Source: Candidatus Saccharimonadia bacterium
GTDB taxonomy: Bacteria > Patescibacteriota > Saccharimonadia > Saccharimonadales > 2-12-FULL-41-12
Length of the DNA stretch: 64,000 nt
NCBI GenBank assembly: GCA_963717365.1
Contig: OY970327.1
Span: 799,752 to 863,751, forward strand
Direction: 5' to 3'
Shown: one piece after another, positions 15,846 through 24,679 of the stretch
Layout of the letters: each line of letters starts with the position of its first letter
How positions within the stretch are numbered: position 1 is the first letter of the stretch
Translations under genes and position numbers: made by a program
Notes under the pieces: model-generated
The model's database searches: none
What the model saw: the letters and a program-made list of their open reading frames with translations, nothing else
Told to the model about the DNA's origin: nothing

Positions 15846-16916
15846 TTATCCCCGCATCAACCTGTCTAACTCATCAATATCGACCGCTACCATACGGGCT
15901 TCGTCGTACGTAATAGTGCCAGAATGTATCAGATTAACTAGTGTCTTATCCATTGATTGCATACCAAACTCGGCGCCGGTCTGTATAACCGCTTCCAGCT
16001 GGTGCGTTTTACCTTCGCGGATAATATTACGAACGGCTGGCGTAGCCGTTAAAATCTCTGCTGCTGCAATTCGGCCACCACCAATGGCTGGTACTAAGCG
16101 CTGCGAGCAAACTGCCATTAAAATATTGCTCAGCTGCGCCCGAATTTGTGGCTGCTGGTGTGGCGGAAATACGTCAATCATACGGTCGATACTCTGAGCC
16201 GCACCGTTGGTGTGTAGCGTGGCGAATACGAGATGTCCGGTTTCAGCGATGGTAATCGCCGCCGCGATGGTCTCTAAGTCACGCATCTCACCTAATAACA
16301 CTACGTCGGGGTCTTGGCGCAAGCTGCTGCGCAGAGCGGCCGAGAATGAGTAGGTGTCATAGTGGACTTCACGTTGCACAATGACCGACTTAAGGCTTTT
16401 ATGGGTGAATTCAATCGGATCTTCAATCGTTACAATATGCATGCCCTTTTCGGCATTTATTTTATGAATCAGCGCCGCTAAAGTTGTAGATTTACCAGAA
16501 CCGGTTGGCCCGGTAACAAGCACAAGTCCACGCGGATAATCAGCAAACTTCTTAACAGTGTCGGGCAAACCAAGCTGGTCGGTGGTTAAAATATCGTTCG
16601 GGATTAAGCGTAAAGCAGCTGCTAAGTTACCACGTTCATGAAAGGAGTTAACGCGAAAACGGCCTAAGTCTCCAAAGGCAAAGCTAAAATCAAATTCTTT
16701 ATCTTTAAGCAAAATTTGCTTTTGTTCATCATCTAAAATAGCAAAAATGAGAGCTTCAACAGTTTCGGCGGTCAGCACGGCGGCGCCAGAAACAGGCACC
16801 AAAGCACCATCAACGCGGAGTATTGGCGCTAGTCCCACCTGAATATGAAGGTCGGAAGCTTTCTTTTTAATTACTTCTTCGAGTAGTTGTTCGATTCTTA
16901 CATTTGGTGTCGCCAT
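15846..16916 (-). CDS. pilT: Type IV pilus retraction ATPase
   Basis: 356 aa. ASDLHIQVG, Walker A GPTGSGKSTT, TIEDPIEF, LRQDPDVVLLGEMRD, ETGHLVFATLHTN. Size and motifs match PilT rather than PilB. Confidence 0.9.
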   Translation of the reverse strand: MATPNVRIEQLLEEVIKKKASDLHIQVGLAPILRVDGALVPVSGAAVLTAETVEALIFAILDDEQKQILLKDKEFDFSFAFGDLGRFRVNSFHERGNLAAALRLIPNDILTTDQLGLPDTVKKFADYPRGLVLVTGPTGSGKSTTLAALIHKINAEKGMHIVTIEDPIEFTHKSLKSVIVQREVHYDTYSFSAALRSSLRQDPDVVLLGEMRDLETIAAAITIAETGHLVFATLHTNGAAQSIDRMIDVFPPHQQPQIRAQLSNILMAVCSQRLVPAIGGGRIAAAEILTATPAVRNIIREGKTHQLEAVIQTGAEFGMQSMDKTLVNLIHSGTITYDEARMVAVDIDELDRLMRG

Positions 16917-16931
16917 TATATTGCCTTTTTA

Positions 16932-18725
16932 TTATGCGCTGTCAGCTGACGCCACGCGGTTAACTTCATCTACGGTTGTCATGCCCGCCAAGGCTTTGAA
17001 ATAGCCGTCCTGGCGCATAGTTACCATCCCCTGCTCTTTGGCAGCCCGTTCAATCTCGCTGCTGGTCGCATGCTTGATAATGAGCTTCTGGATGGTTTCA
17101 TCTACTTCAAACACTTCGTAGAGGCCCATACGGCCCTTGTAACCGCCCGGGGTTTCAAGGCCGTCTACACCCTTGTATAAAGTATAAGCGTTTTGCTTAG
17201 CCAGTGGCAAGGTCTCATAGCCAATATCATCGGCGCGGGCCGCAACCTCTTCTGGAGTACCTGGTAACAGGTCACCGATATTGCTTAATAAGGCGTCTGT
17301 TTCGGCGGCGGTTGAGTCGTAGGGAGCTTTATTAGTATCGGCTACCCGACGTACCAAGCGCTGGCCAATGACTGTTCTTACCGTTGAGGCAATCAAGAAT
17401 GGTTCAACCCCCATATCCAGCAAACGCGGTAAGATACCGGCTGCCGAGTTGGTGTGCAGCGTGCTAAAGACCAAGTGACCTGTTAGGGCCGCCTGGACAG
17501 CCAGCTGGGCTGTTTCCTTATCGCGGATCTCCCCTACCATCACCACGTCAGGATCTTGACGCAAGATAGAACGCAGGCCAGTTGCAAAGGTCAGGCCAAC
17601 TGCCGTATTAACCTGGATTTGATTGATACCATCCATTTTGTATTCAACCGGATCTTCCAGCGTGACAATGTTAATTGATTCGTCTTTAATCTCCTGAATC
17701 AAGGCATACAATGAAGTAGACTTACCGGAACCGGTTGGTCCGGAGGTTAGGATCATGCCGTTGGTCTGCTTAATGCCTTTGCGGATAGTGCGTAGAGCGC
17801 GGCCATGATAACCCATATCTTCTAGCTTTAGAGCCGTACCAGATTTATCGAGCAGACGAATAACCACTTGCTCACCCCAGACTACCGGCGATATAGCTAT
17901 ACGCAGGTCGATAGCTTTATTGGCAACAGCAACCGTAAACTGTCCGTCCTGCGGAATACGGTGTTCGTCGATTTTAAGATTACTCAAGATCTTGATACGC
18001 GAAATTAATGGTGGTTCGGTAGACTTTGGAAGTTTCATAATTTCTTTGAGAACACCGTCAATTCGGCAACGGATCTTCAGCTCTTTTTCCAGCGGTTCAA
18101 TGTGAATATCGCTGGCCCGGTTCTTAGCGGCATACTCCAAAATAGTTGATAATGCCTTACTAATAGGCGAATCCTGAACAATGGTTTTTATCTCGGTCTG
18201 GGCACTTATTGCAGCCTGTGCAGCAGCCTTGTCCTCAGGGTTAACACTAATACCAATCGCCTGAGCCACATCAGCTTCAACATCCTCATCGTACTGCGTC
18301 AGGACATGACGAATACCTTCTTCGCTGGCGGTATAGACTTTGAGTGTATGGCCAATGCGATTTGCTAAAAAGTCGACTGCTTGGACATTATCGGCGTCCA
18401 GCATGGCAACAACCAGACGGTTCTGGATCTGACCTAATGGAACAGCCATATAATGCTCAGCGATTTCTTTGGGCAGCAGCCTGAGTACTTCCCGTTCAAT
18501 ACGGGCTTCGAGCAAGTTTACGTATGGCACATGATTAATTTCGGCAAAAAGCTTAGTAAGAATTTCGTTAGAAATATGGCCTTTTTCTAGCAATGTTGCA
18601 AAGTAGGGCGTGCCGGTTTTTTCTGAATCGGCTCGCGCCAAGTCTAGCGCAGCCTGATTGATCAACCCCTGACTAACCAGTTTTGCTTCGACCTTTTTTT
18701 GTACTTCCGGCGATAATACTGCCAT
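16932..18725 (-). CDS. pilB: Type IV pilus assembly (extension) ATPase, GspE/PilB family
   Basis: 597 aa. N-terminal GSPII-type domain, Walker A GPTGSGKSTS, TLEDPVEY, LRQDPDVVMVGEIRD, LTGHLVFSTLHTN. Confidence 0.9.
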   Translation of the reverse strand: MAVLSPEVQKKVEAKLVSQGLINQAALDLARADSEKTGTPYFATLLEKGHISNEILTKLFAEINHVPYVNLLEARIEREVLRLLPKEIAEHYMAVPLGQIQNRLVVAMLDADNVQAVDFLANRIGHTLKVYTASEEGIRHVLTQYDEDVEADVAQAIGISVNPEDKAAAQAAISAQTEIKTIVQDSPISKALSTILEYAAKNRASDIHIEPLEKELKIRCRIDGVLKEIMKLPKSTEPPLISRIKILSNLKIDEHRIPQDGQFTVAVANKAIDLRIAISPVVWGEQVVIRLLDKSGTALKLEDMGYHGRALRTIRKGIKQTNGMILTSGPTGSGKSTSLYALIQEIKDESINIVTLEDPVEYKMDGINQIQVNTAVGLTFATGLRSILRQDPDVVMVGEIRDKETAQLAVQAALTGHLVFSTLHTNSAAGILPRLLDMGVEPFLIASTVRTVIGQRLVRRVADTNKAPYDSTAAETDALLSNIGDLLPGTPEEVAARADDIGYETLPLAKQNAYTLYKGVDGLETPGGYKGRMGLYEVFEVDETIQKLIIKHATSSEIERAAKEQGMVTMRQDGYFKALAGMTTVDEVNRVASADSA

Positions 18726-18744
18726 ATGCGTAACTCAGCCCAGC

Positions 18745-18981
18745 CTAGAAAGGTGAGGTATTACTTTCATCACCAATTCTGATAAGCTTTGTTGGGTTGA
18801 TGGAGTCTTGATTGAAGACAGCCTTGTCGGCTTCTTTGAATTCGCTGGTTATCGGTTCAATTTTTTGAGCGGTTTGCTGCTTGCTGCTACTTGATACAAA
18901 TACCGTTTTGGTCATAATTATAGAGAAGAGACCGCCAACAAAAACAACAATGATGATAAGCGCTATATCTTTTTGTTTCAT
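18745..18981 (-). CDS. Small single-TM protein in the pil operon (PilP position)
   Basis: 78 aa. N-terminal TM helix IALIIIVVFVGGLFSIIM. Overlaps the upstream gene by 4 nt. No family recognised. Confidence 0.4.
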   Translation of the reverse strand: MKQKDIALIIIVVFVGGLFSIIMTKTVFVSSSSKQQTAQKIEPITSEFKEADKAVFNQDSINPTKLIRIGDESNTSPF

Positions 18982-19646
18982 CGGACTTGCTCCGTTTCAA
19001 CCTTAAATACTTTACTTGGCTGGTAGTATGTTTTGCCCTCAATCGTCAAATCCGGAGCTTTTCCAAGCTCTATTTTAAGCGTCAGTTTCTTAACTTGAAT
19101 AGGACGGATTGACCGTTCTAGCAAGCGGACTGCAGAGGTTCCAGAAGTTGGAGCAACGGCAATTTTTACTGAAAATGGAACCTCAACTGCTTGTGGCGTG
19201 GCCGTTTGCTGTGACTGGGCAACCTCGTCGTCAGCACCAACAATTTCCTGTATTTGGAAGCCGTTTTCATTAAAAATTTTCTCTAAACTAGTAGTCAAAG
19301 CTGGGAAATCATATTTGTCTGGTAATGCATCACGCACAATTCTGGCATTATCACCATCTCTGTCTCCTACCCCAGCCGGGTTACCGCCCAAAATATTAAT
19401 TGGCTTACCATTAAACGATTTGAATTCGTTGTCCAGTTTTTTGTAAGCCTCGGCGTTATCTTTTAGCTGTTTAAGGGCAACTTCTTTTTTATTAATTACG
19501 CGTGACTGGTATGCCTGCTGGTCGAATAAGCTTTTACCAGCTACCAAGCAGAAGGCAACAATAAAGGCAGCGATGCCTGATGCTACCAGAATTGTCACCT
19601 GGGCGCGGTCAATTTCGATTCGCTTAGCCGATAATTTTCGTGCCAT
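18978..19646 (-). CDS. PilO-like pilus alignment protein
   Basis: 222 aa. Topology is TM helix (VTILVASGIAAFIVAFCLVAG) + coiled coil + C-terminal domain. Positioned directly after pilN. Assigned from context and topology only. Confidence 0.4.
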   Translation of the reverse strand: MARKLSAKRIEIDRAQVTILVASGIAAFIVAFCLVAGKSLFDQQAYQSRVINKKEVALKQLKDNAEAYKKLDNEFKSFNGKPINILGGNPAGVGDRDGDNARIVRDALPDKYDFPALTTSLEKIFNENGFQIQEIVGADDEVAQSQQTATPQAVEVPFSVKIAVAPTSGTSAVRLLERSIRPIQVKKLTLKIELGKAPDLTIEGKTYYQPSKVFKVETEQVR

Positions 19647-19648
19647 GA

Positions 19649-20395
19649 CTACTGCCCTCCGTTCTGTTTAGTTGAAGCTGGCGCCGCGAACAAGCTACCT
19701 GGAGAGTCTGAAATAGAACGAGCCGATATTATGTTTGGTATCACGAGCGTAATTGCAGGCTTGCCTTCGGCTATATCTTTTATGTTTGAGAAGATTACTG
19801 GATCGAATGAAGCAAGTATTTCATATTCTACAGTGCCACCAGCGGCGGTAGCTGCACCAGAATTTTTAGCAACAACTTCAAATTTTTGTAAGACGACATT
19901 GCTAAAGGCTGTACCGTCCGGTTTTTCGCTCTTGCTTAATTGGTATTCACTGAATTTCAGCGTATCAACGTATTTGTTAACGGTACCAAAACTATCGGAA
20001 TTACCTTTAATAAGTAGGGTATTATCGTCGAGATTTAGTTCGATGTCAGAAATAGTAGCTTTACTTGGTGTCAGTTGGAACATATAGTCAAATAGCCGCG
20101 AGCTAATAGCCTTGTCATCATGCAGCTTAGGCAGACTGTTTAATTGATTCTGGACGGTCAGAATTTTATCAAGGTCGGGAGCGTCTTTTCTAAGCGTTTC
20201 TACTCCATTATTAATATCGTTATCCATGTGCTTGATGTGGCCTAACTGGCCAATCCGTACATACGAAAATAGAGCCGCGAACAGCAATACTGAGGTTGCC
20301 GAGGAAACGATTGATATGGCTACCACCATACGCATTCGCCGGCGCGCTTTTAAAAATTCAATCTTTACATCTGGTAAGAGGTTAAATTGGATCAT
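19649..20395 (-). CDS. pilN: PilN-like fimbrial assembly protein
   Basis: 248 aa. N-terminal IQFNLLPD motif followed by a TM helix. Overlaps pilM by 4 nt. Confidence 0.6.
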   Translation of the reverse strand: MIQFNLLPDVKIEFLKARRRMRMVVAISIVSSATSVLLFAALFSYVRIGQLGHIKHMDNDINNGVETLRKDAPDLDKILTVQNQLNSLPKLHDDKAISSRLFDYMFQLTPSKATISDIELNLDDNTLLIKGNSDSFGTVNKYVDTLKFSEYQLSKSEKPDGTAFSNVVLQKFEVVAKNSGAATAAGGTVEYEILASFDPVIFSNIKDIAEGKPAITLVIPNIISARSISDSPGSLFAAPASTKQNGGQ

Positions 20396-21432
20396 TCGTT
20401 ACGCTCCGCCAGGCCTGTCGCCACGCCAAAATGGTTAGACAATGCCATCAATTCGTTCTGCCGGGCCATATCGTATTGGACATTGCGCCAGGCATTTCCA
20501 ATCTCTACGTTAATACCAAACTTATTAGCAATATACAGCGGGAATTCAGGGAGAGACGAGGCACCGCCGGTCATAATAATCCGATTCAGTTTTACCCCTT
20601 CGTAACGAGATTCGAAGAACTTGATTGATTTATCGATGTCACCCATCAGCAACTCGACGGTATTTACAATTGCTTGGTAGACCTGGCCTTCTAGTTTTTG
20701 CTGGCTCAGTCCAAATTTAAAGACAAACTCCTGAGCCTGTTTTTCATCAATATTAAGGTTTTGCATGGCAGCCCGGATAATTGCCTCTGAGCCAGTTGGG
20801 ATAGCACGGGTTAGATGTGATACGCCGTTCATTGTGATCACAATGTCAGTGCTTTTACTGCCAATATCGATGATCATATTTGGCGTAGCGTCATCCGGCG
20901 CGATCATGGAACGCACCAGCGCTAAGTTATCAGGTTCAAAGGCGATCACATTCAGCCCGATTGATTCTATGAGGTCGAGCCGCGGCTCAATAAAATCATT
21001 GGAAACGCTAGAAAGTAATATCTCTAATTTGTTTGGGTTCTTTGGCGCGTCGCCAATGACCGCCCAGTCAATTTTTGACTCGGCTGCCGGGGTTGGAATT
21101 AATGCGTCGGCTTGGTATTTAATGGTTTTAGCAAGTTCATTGAGTGGTAAACGTTCGATGTCGACAACGGTAGTAAAAACACGTGCCGACGGTAGCCCCA
21201 CTACCACGTTTTTGGTGGTAATATTAGCACTGGCCAGCATTTCCTTAACAGATTGCATCAACTTTAGCTGATCAGCTTTAGAATCGCTCATTGCTACCTT
21301 GGTATCAACCGGCGCAATGGCGTATTTCATCAACTGTTTTGATTTTGGGTTGTTGGTTATCTGTACCGCACGTATGGCGGTACTGCCGATATCCAGGCTA
21401 AAGAATTCCGATACCCCACTCAGTAAGCTCAT
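20392..21432 (-). CDS. pilM: Type IV pilus assembly ATPase-fold protein PilM
   Basis: 346 aa. Actin-like fold with FSLDIGSTAIRAVQI phosphate-1 motif and DIGSKSTDIVI. Confidence 0.85.
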   Translation of the reverse strand: MSLLSGVSEFFSLDIGSTAIRAVQITNNPKSKQLMKYAIAPVDTKVAMSDSKADQLKLMQSVKEMLASANITTKNVVVGLPSARVFTTVVDIERLPLNELAKTIKYQADALIPTPAAESKIDWAVIGDAPKNPNKLEILLSSVSNDFIEPRLDLIESIGLNVIAFEPDNLALVRSMIAPDDATPNMIIDIGSKSTDIVITMNGVSHLTRAIPTGSEAIIRAAMQNLNIDEKQAQEFVFKFGLSQQKLEGQVYQAIVNTVELLMGDIDKSIKFFESRYEGVKLNRIIMTGGASSLPEFPLYIANKFGINVEIGNAWRNVQYDMARQNELMALSNHFGVATGLAERNE

Positions 21433-21490
21433 TCTTTTATATTATTTCCGTTTATTATTTTTATGCATAATTAATTCTTCTTATGGTCTA

Positions 21491-21506
21491 ATTATACCAT
21501 AAGCAT
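21491..21506 (-). promoter_or_regulatory. Extended -10 (TRTG-type) promoter for pilM operon
   Basis: Minus-strand reading ATGCTTATGGTATAAT, 59 nt upstream of the pilM ATG (21432), in the 76-nt gap after the 1050-aa gene. Confidence 0.5.
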
Positions 21507-21508
21507 TT

Positions 21509-24500
21509 TTAAAGGATAGGTGGCAACGTAACGATATATTCGTATTTATTGCCCGTCTGGCTGCCTTGAGCGCGGAAGGAAGATGAGCTGCCGTATTGAC
21601 CCAGCAAGACCTCTGGTGTCATTCGGACGGCTTCGCCGGCCTTGGTTGGGTTTGGCGGGACCTGGGCAACGCCGTCAAAGGATTCCCGTGGCGTATAAAC
21701 CCGGGTACCTGCGACGATATTGTATTTTATGTCTCGCAACGTATATTTAACTCGGTAGAATTTGAGTTTATTGGCGGCTAGCAAACCGTTTATTTTCAGT
21801 TGCTCCTGAGAACATAGATTAGCTAGGATATCTCTGTCACCTGATGAAGCCAGATTAAACGGCGTGCCATTATTGGTACAGGTATGGATTTCGCCGTTCG
21901 CGCCGGCGGGAGTTGTTGACTGTGCAATATATATGCCGTCCAGCTGCTTTACGTTGTGAGAGATATAGATATTGCCTTTAACAATCAGCGTAAACGATGG
22001 AATTGAATCAATCGTAGCGCCGGTTGGACCGTAGGTAATATCACCGTTGATGATCACATTGCCTTCAACGTACATAGTATGTCGTCCGGTGAAGCCTGCC
22101 GCCCCGCCAAGCGTACCGCCACTGGCGTGATACGACTGATTGTTCGATTGTACCGAACTTACGCCGGCAACAGAACCCGGCCAACCCTGAGGTGTTTCTT
22201 TGGTCTCGCGCTTGATAGTTTCGTCAAAGTATTTTGGCTGGCCAGCAGGACGCAACACATTCACAAGTTTCAGCTCATCAGGGGTTTGCGGTTTAGGGGT
22301 GGCCGAGGGAGTTGTTGCACTTCTGAAGAAAGCGCTGGCAAAATCAATTGGAGTAGTAGCACTAATCACGGCAAATTCTCCGCCAGAACCAGCACCTTGT
22401 GCAGGATTCGCCATAAAGCCTGTGACCTTTCCACTTCCAGCCGTCGGACCGCCTGATATAACATCATTGCCGTAAGCGCGCATGAACGGCGTATTTACCA
22501 CTTCTCCACACATAATATCGTAGTTAGGCAAGCCAGGAGCAATAACCGTACTAGTACCAAGTACTTTTGCCGCTCCGGGATACGGCTGGCCATTCGTCCA
22601 CCCCTGGTTATAGTTAATATCCATACGGGCACAAAACTGGTCGCCTGGGTTCCAGGTATTAGCCGGCGCGGCTCTAAACTGGGTTGGCGCAGCCGCGTTA
22701 AAGTACGTTCTGTTCCAGACACGTTGCCAGGTGTTTGTCTGGTTAAGCGTAGACGCGGGCTGAGCAGTTTTTCCATTGTTATTTATAGAGTCATTATCAA
22801 GAGGTGGCCCGACTAAAACGGTATTTGTACTTGGCGCAGGATCATGCCTTAAGTAGTTAAGTTGGTTATTACCAGCTATGAGTATTGGCTTGTCGAAGTA
22901 CGCGACACCCAGCGGACCAGTTCCCAAGGTTGCTTCTACTCTTGTAGCATAGTTAATACTCAACGGATCTTCTGGATTGGGGTTAGGCGTCACGCTCGTC
23001 ACCCGAGGTTTTACCTGGAACGGCTGGAAGACGTCTATTGTGATGGAACAGGGCGCACCGATACCAAAGAGACCGTAATAATCAGGATAAACTTCTATGG
23101 TATATCTTCCGGCGCTAGGCGGTGCCGTAAAGGCAAAACTGCCCGTAACCGAAGAGCCGACTTCAACCTGCTGCCCAACCGCATAATATGCCGCGGCGCT
23201 AAACCCTGGAGAAGTGCCTCCCGCGGTAGTCAGTGCTAATGGCGCCGATCCAATCTGTGCATAGAGCGGATTATTATCACTGCCGCCGGTATTACTTAAT
23301 GTGTAATTGAGGTTGAAGCCCAGGCCAGCGGCAACACCTGCCGCAGTCGACGCTCCCGGAATAGCGCCCGACGTGGCTGTTATGGAATCCAGGCTACAGC
23401 TTGCCTCGTAGCAGGCTCCGACAGATGCCCGCACAGGCGTAGTAGTATCACCGTCGGTCTGATTTAGCCGCAAATCTCTAACAATCAAATCTGCCACCCA
23501 GCCATTGTTCGGCGCAGTTTCTGCAGGATAACTCAAAAATACGTTACCAGAACCTCTGCCTGAAGCAATTGTTAGCTTACCAGGATCATTATCCTGGTAT
23601 ATGTATACTTCGTAATAAACCCCTGTGCCTGTATCGTCTGGGTCAGAAATATTAATTGTTATGCCACGGCAAGTCATTGATGCGATAGAGTATGCGGGCA
23701 GATCCTCGGTACAGTCTTGATTTGTTGAAGTAGTTGAACTCAAAGTCTGAATCTCGGCCGTTGTATCCTCATTCCCAGCATAAATCTTAAGTATGAAGAC
23801 TACCCCCGCTGTCCTGCCATCATATCCACCACCTCCCACGGTGCCACCAGTTATTGGGACGCTATAGAGACCTTCTGTTGGGCCTGTAGCGCCCCTTCCA
23901 CCTGGAGTAACTTCATTATTGCCTGATACCGAGTTAACGAACATTTTATAACGCTTATTCTTATTGGTAGAATAACCATAGACCTTATCGCAGTCAAAAA
24001 GCATATTGCCGTTTGGAGTTCCTGTATCGGGCGGTGGCGGCTCATTATAGGTAATAGTAACAAAAGTAGTGTCGCCATTAGGGGGAGCCACTGTTCTAAC
24101 GTTCCAACCGTAGCCTTCGGCCGTACCAAAACCGGCACGAAGACCTCTGGCACCCGTTGGAACACCTACCCCCGTCACATCAAATTGTTGAAATGGATTT
24201 AGCTCAGGACTGGCTGCTCTTCTAGAGTTATCACAATCAAGTGCCCAGTTGGTTTGTCCGCCGCCAGTATCGGGAGAAGAACCTCCTGTACCGAGAACCG
24301 CATTAGTGCTGTCCGAGGCAACGCCACCTGTCAAAAAAGGACATCCACCAATTTGACTAAATGTTTGTTCTGCATAATGCTGATTATTGTTAAGGTTTAT
24401 AACGCCGCCAGGAGGTGTAGTGGTAGCACCGGAGGTAGTTACTTTAACTCGATTATCGTTAGATGGCTGATAGGAACTTGAGTCATAATCCCAGTACCGA

Positions 24501-24661
24501 GAGCTGACCACTAAACCCGCGTAGTCGTGTATATTACCACTCTGAACACCGCAAGATGCACTTGCGTTTCCGTGATCAAATAGGGATAATCCAAGCAAAC
24601 TTCCGCCTAGTAAAAATAAGAATATTGTCCACCGACTGGAGAGGTTGATTATCTTATTCAT
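21509..24661 (-). CDS. Very large secreted protein of unknown function (1050 aa), heading the pilus locus
   Basis: Signal peptide (WTIFLFLLGGSLLGLSLFDHGNASA). Gly/Thr/Asn/Pro-rich with scattered Cys pairs. C-terminal beta-helix-like segment (HTMYVEGNVIINGDITYGP...LIVKGNIYISHNV). No internal repeats and no recognised domain. Confidence 0.7.
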   Translation of the reverse strand: MNKIINLSSRWTIFLFLLGGSLLGLSLFDHGNASASCGVQSGNIHDYAGLVVSSRYWDYDSSSYQPSNDNRVKVTTSGATTTPPGGVINLNNNQHYAEQTFSQIGGCPFLTGGVASDSTNAVLGTGGSSPDTGGGQTNWALDCDNSRRAASPELNPFQQFDVTGVGVPTGARGLRAGFGTAEGYGWNVRTVAPPNGDTTFVTITYNEPPPPDTGTPNGNMLFDCDKVYGYSTNKNKRYKMFVNSVSGNNEVTPGGRGATGPTEGLYSVPITGGTVGGGGYDGRTAGVVFILKIYAGNEDTTAEIQTLSSTTSTNQDCTEDLPAYSIASMTCRGITINISDPDDTGTGVYYEVYIYQDNDPGKLTIASGRGSGNVFLSYPAETAPNNGWVADLIVRDLRLNQTDGDTTTPVRASVGACYEASCSLDSITATSGAIPGASTAAGVAAGLGFNLNYTLSNTGGSDNNPLYAQIGSAPLALTTAGGTSPGFSAAAYYAVGQQVEVGSSVTGSFAFTAPPSAGRYTIEVYPDYYGLFGIGAPCSITIDVFQPFQVKPRVTSVTPNPNPEDPLSINYATRVEATLGTGPLGVAYFDKPILIAGNNQLNYLRHDPAPSTNTVLVGPPLDNDSINNNGKTAQPASTLNQTNTWQRVWNRTYFNAAAPTQFRAAPANTWNPGDQFCARMDINYNQGWTNGQPYPGAAKVLGTSTVIAPGLPNYDIMCGEVVNTPFMRAYGNDVISGGPTAGSGKVTGFMANPAQGAGSGGEFAVISATTPIDFASAFFRSATTPSATPKPQTPDELKLVNVLRPAGQPKYFDETIKRETKETPQGWPGSVAGVSSVQSNNQSYHASGGTLGGAAGFTGRHTMYVEGNVIINGDITYGPTGATIDSIPSFTLIVKGNIYISHNVKQLDGIYIAQSTTPAGANGEIHTCTNNGTPFNLASSGDRDILANLCSQEQLKINGLLAANKLKFYRVKYTLRDIKYNIVAGTRVYTPRESFDGVAQVPPNPTKAGEAVRMTPEVLLGQYGSSSSFRAQGSQTGNKYEYIVTLPPIL

Positions 24662-24679
24662 ATATTTATCTTTCCCATT

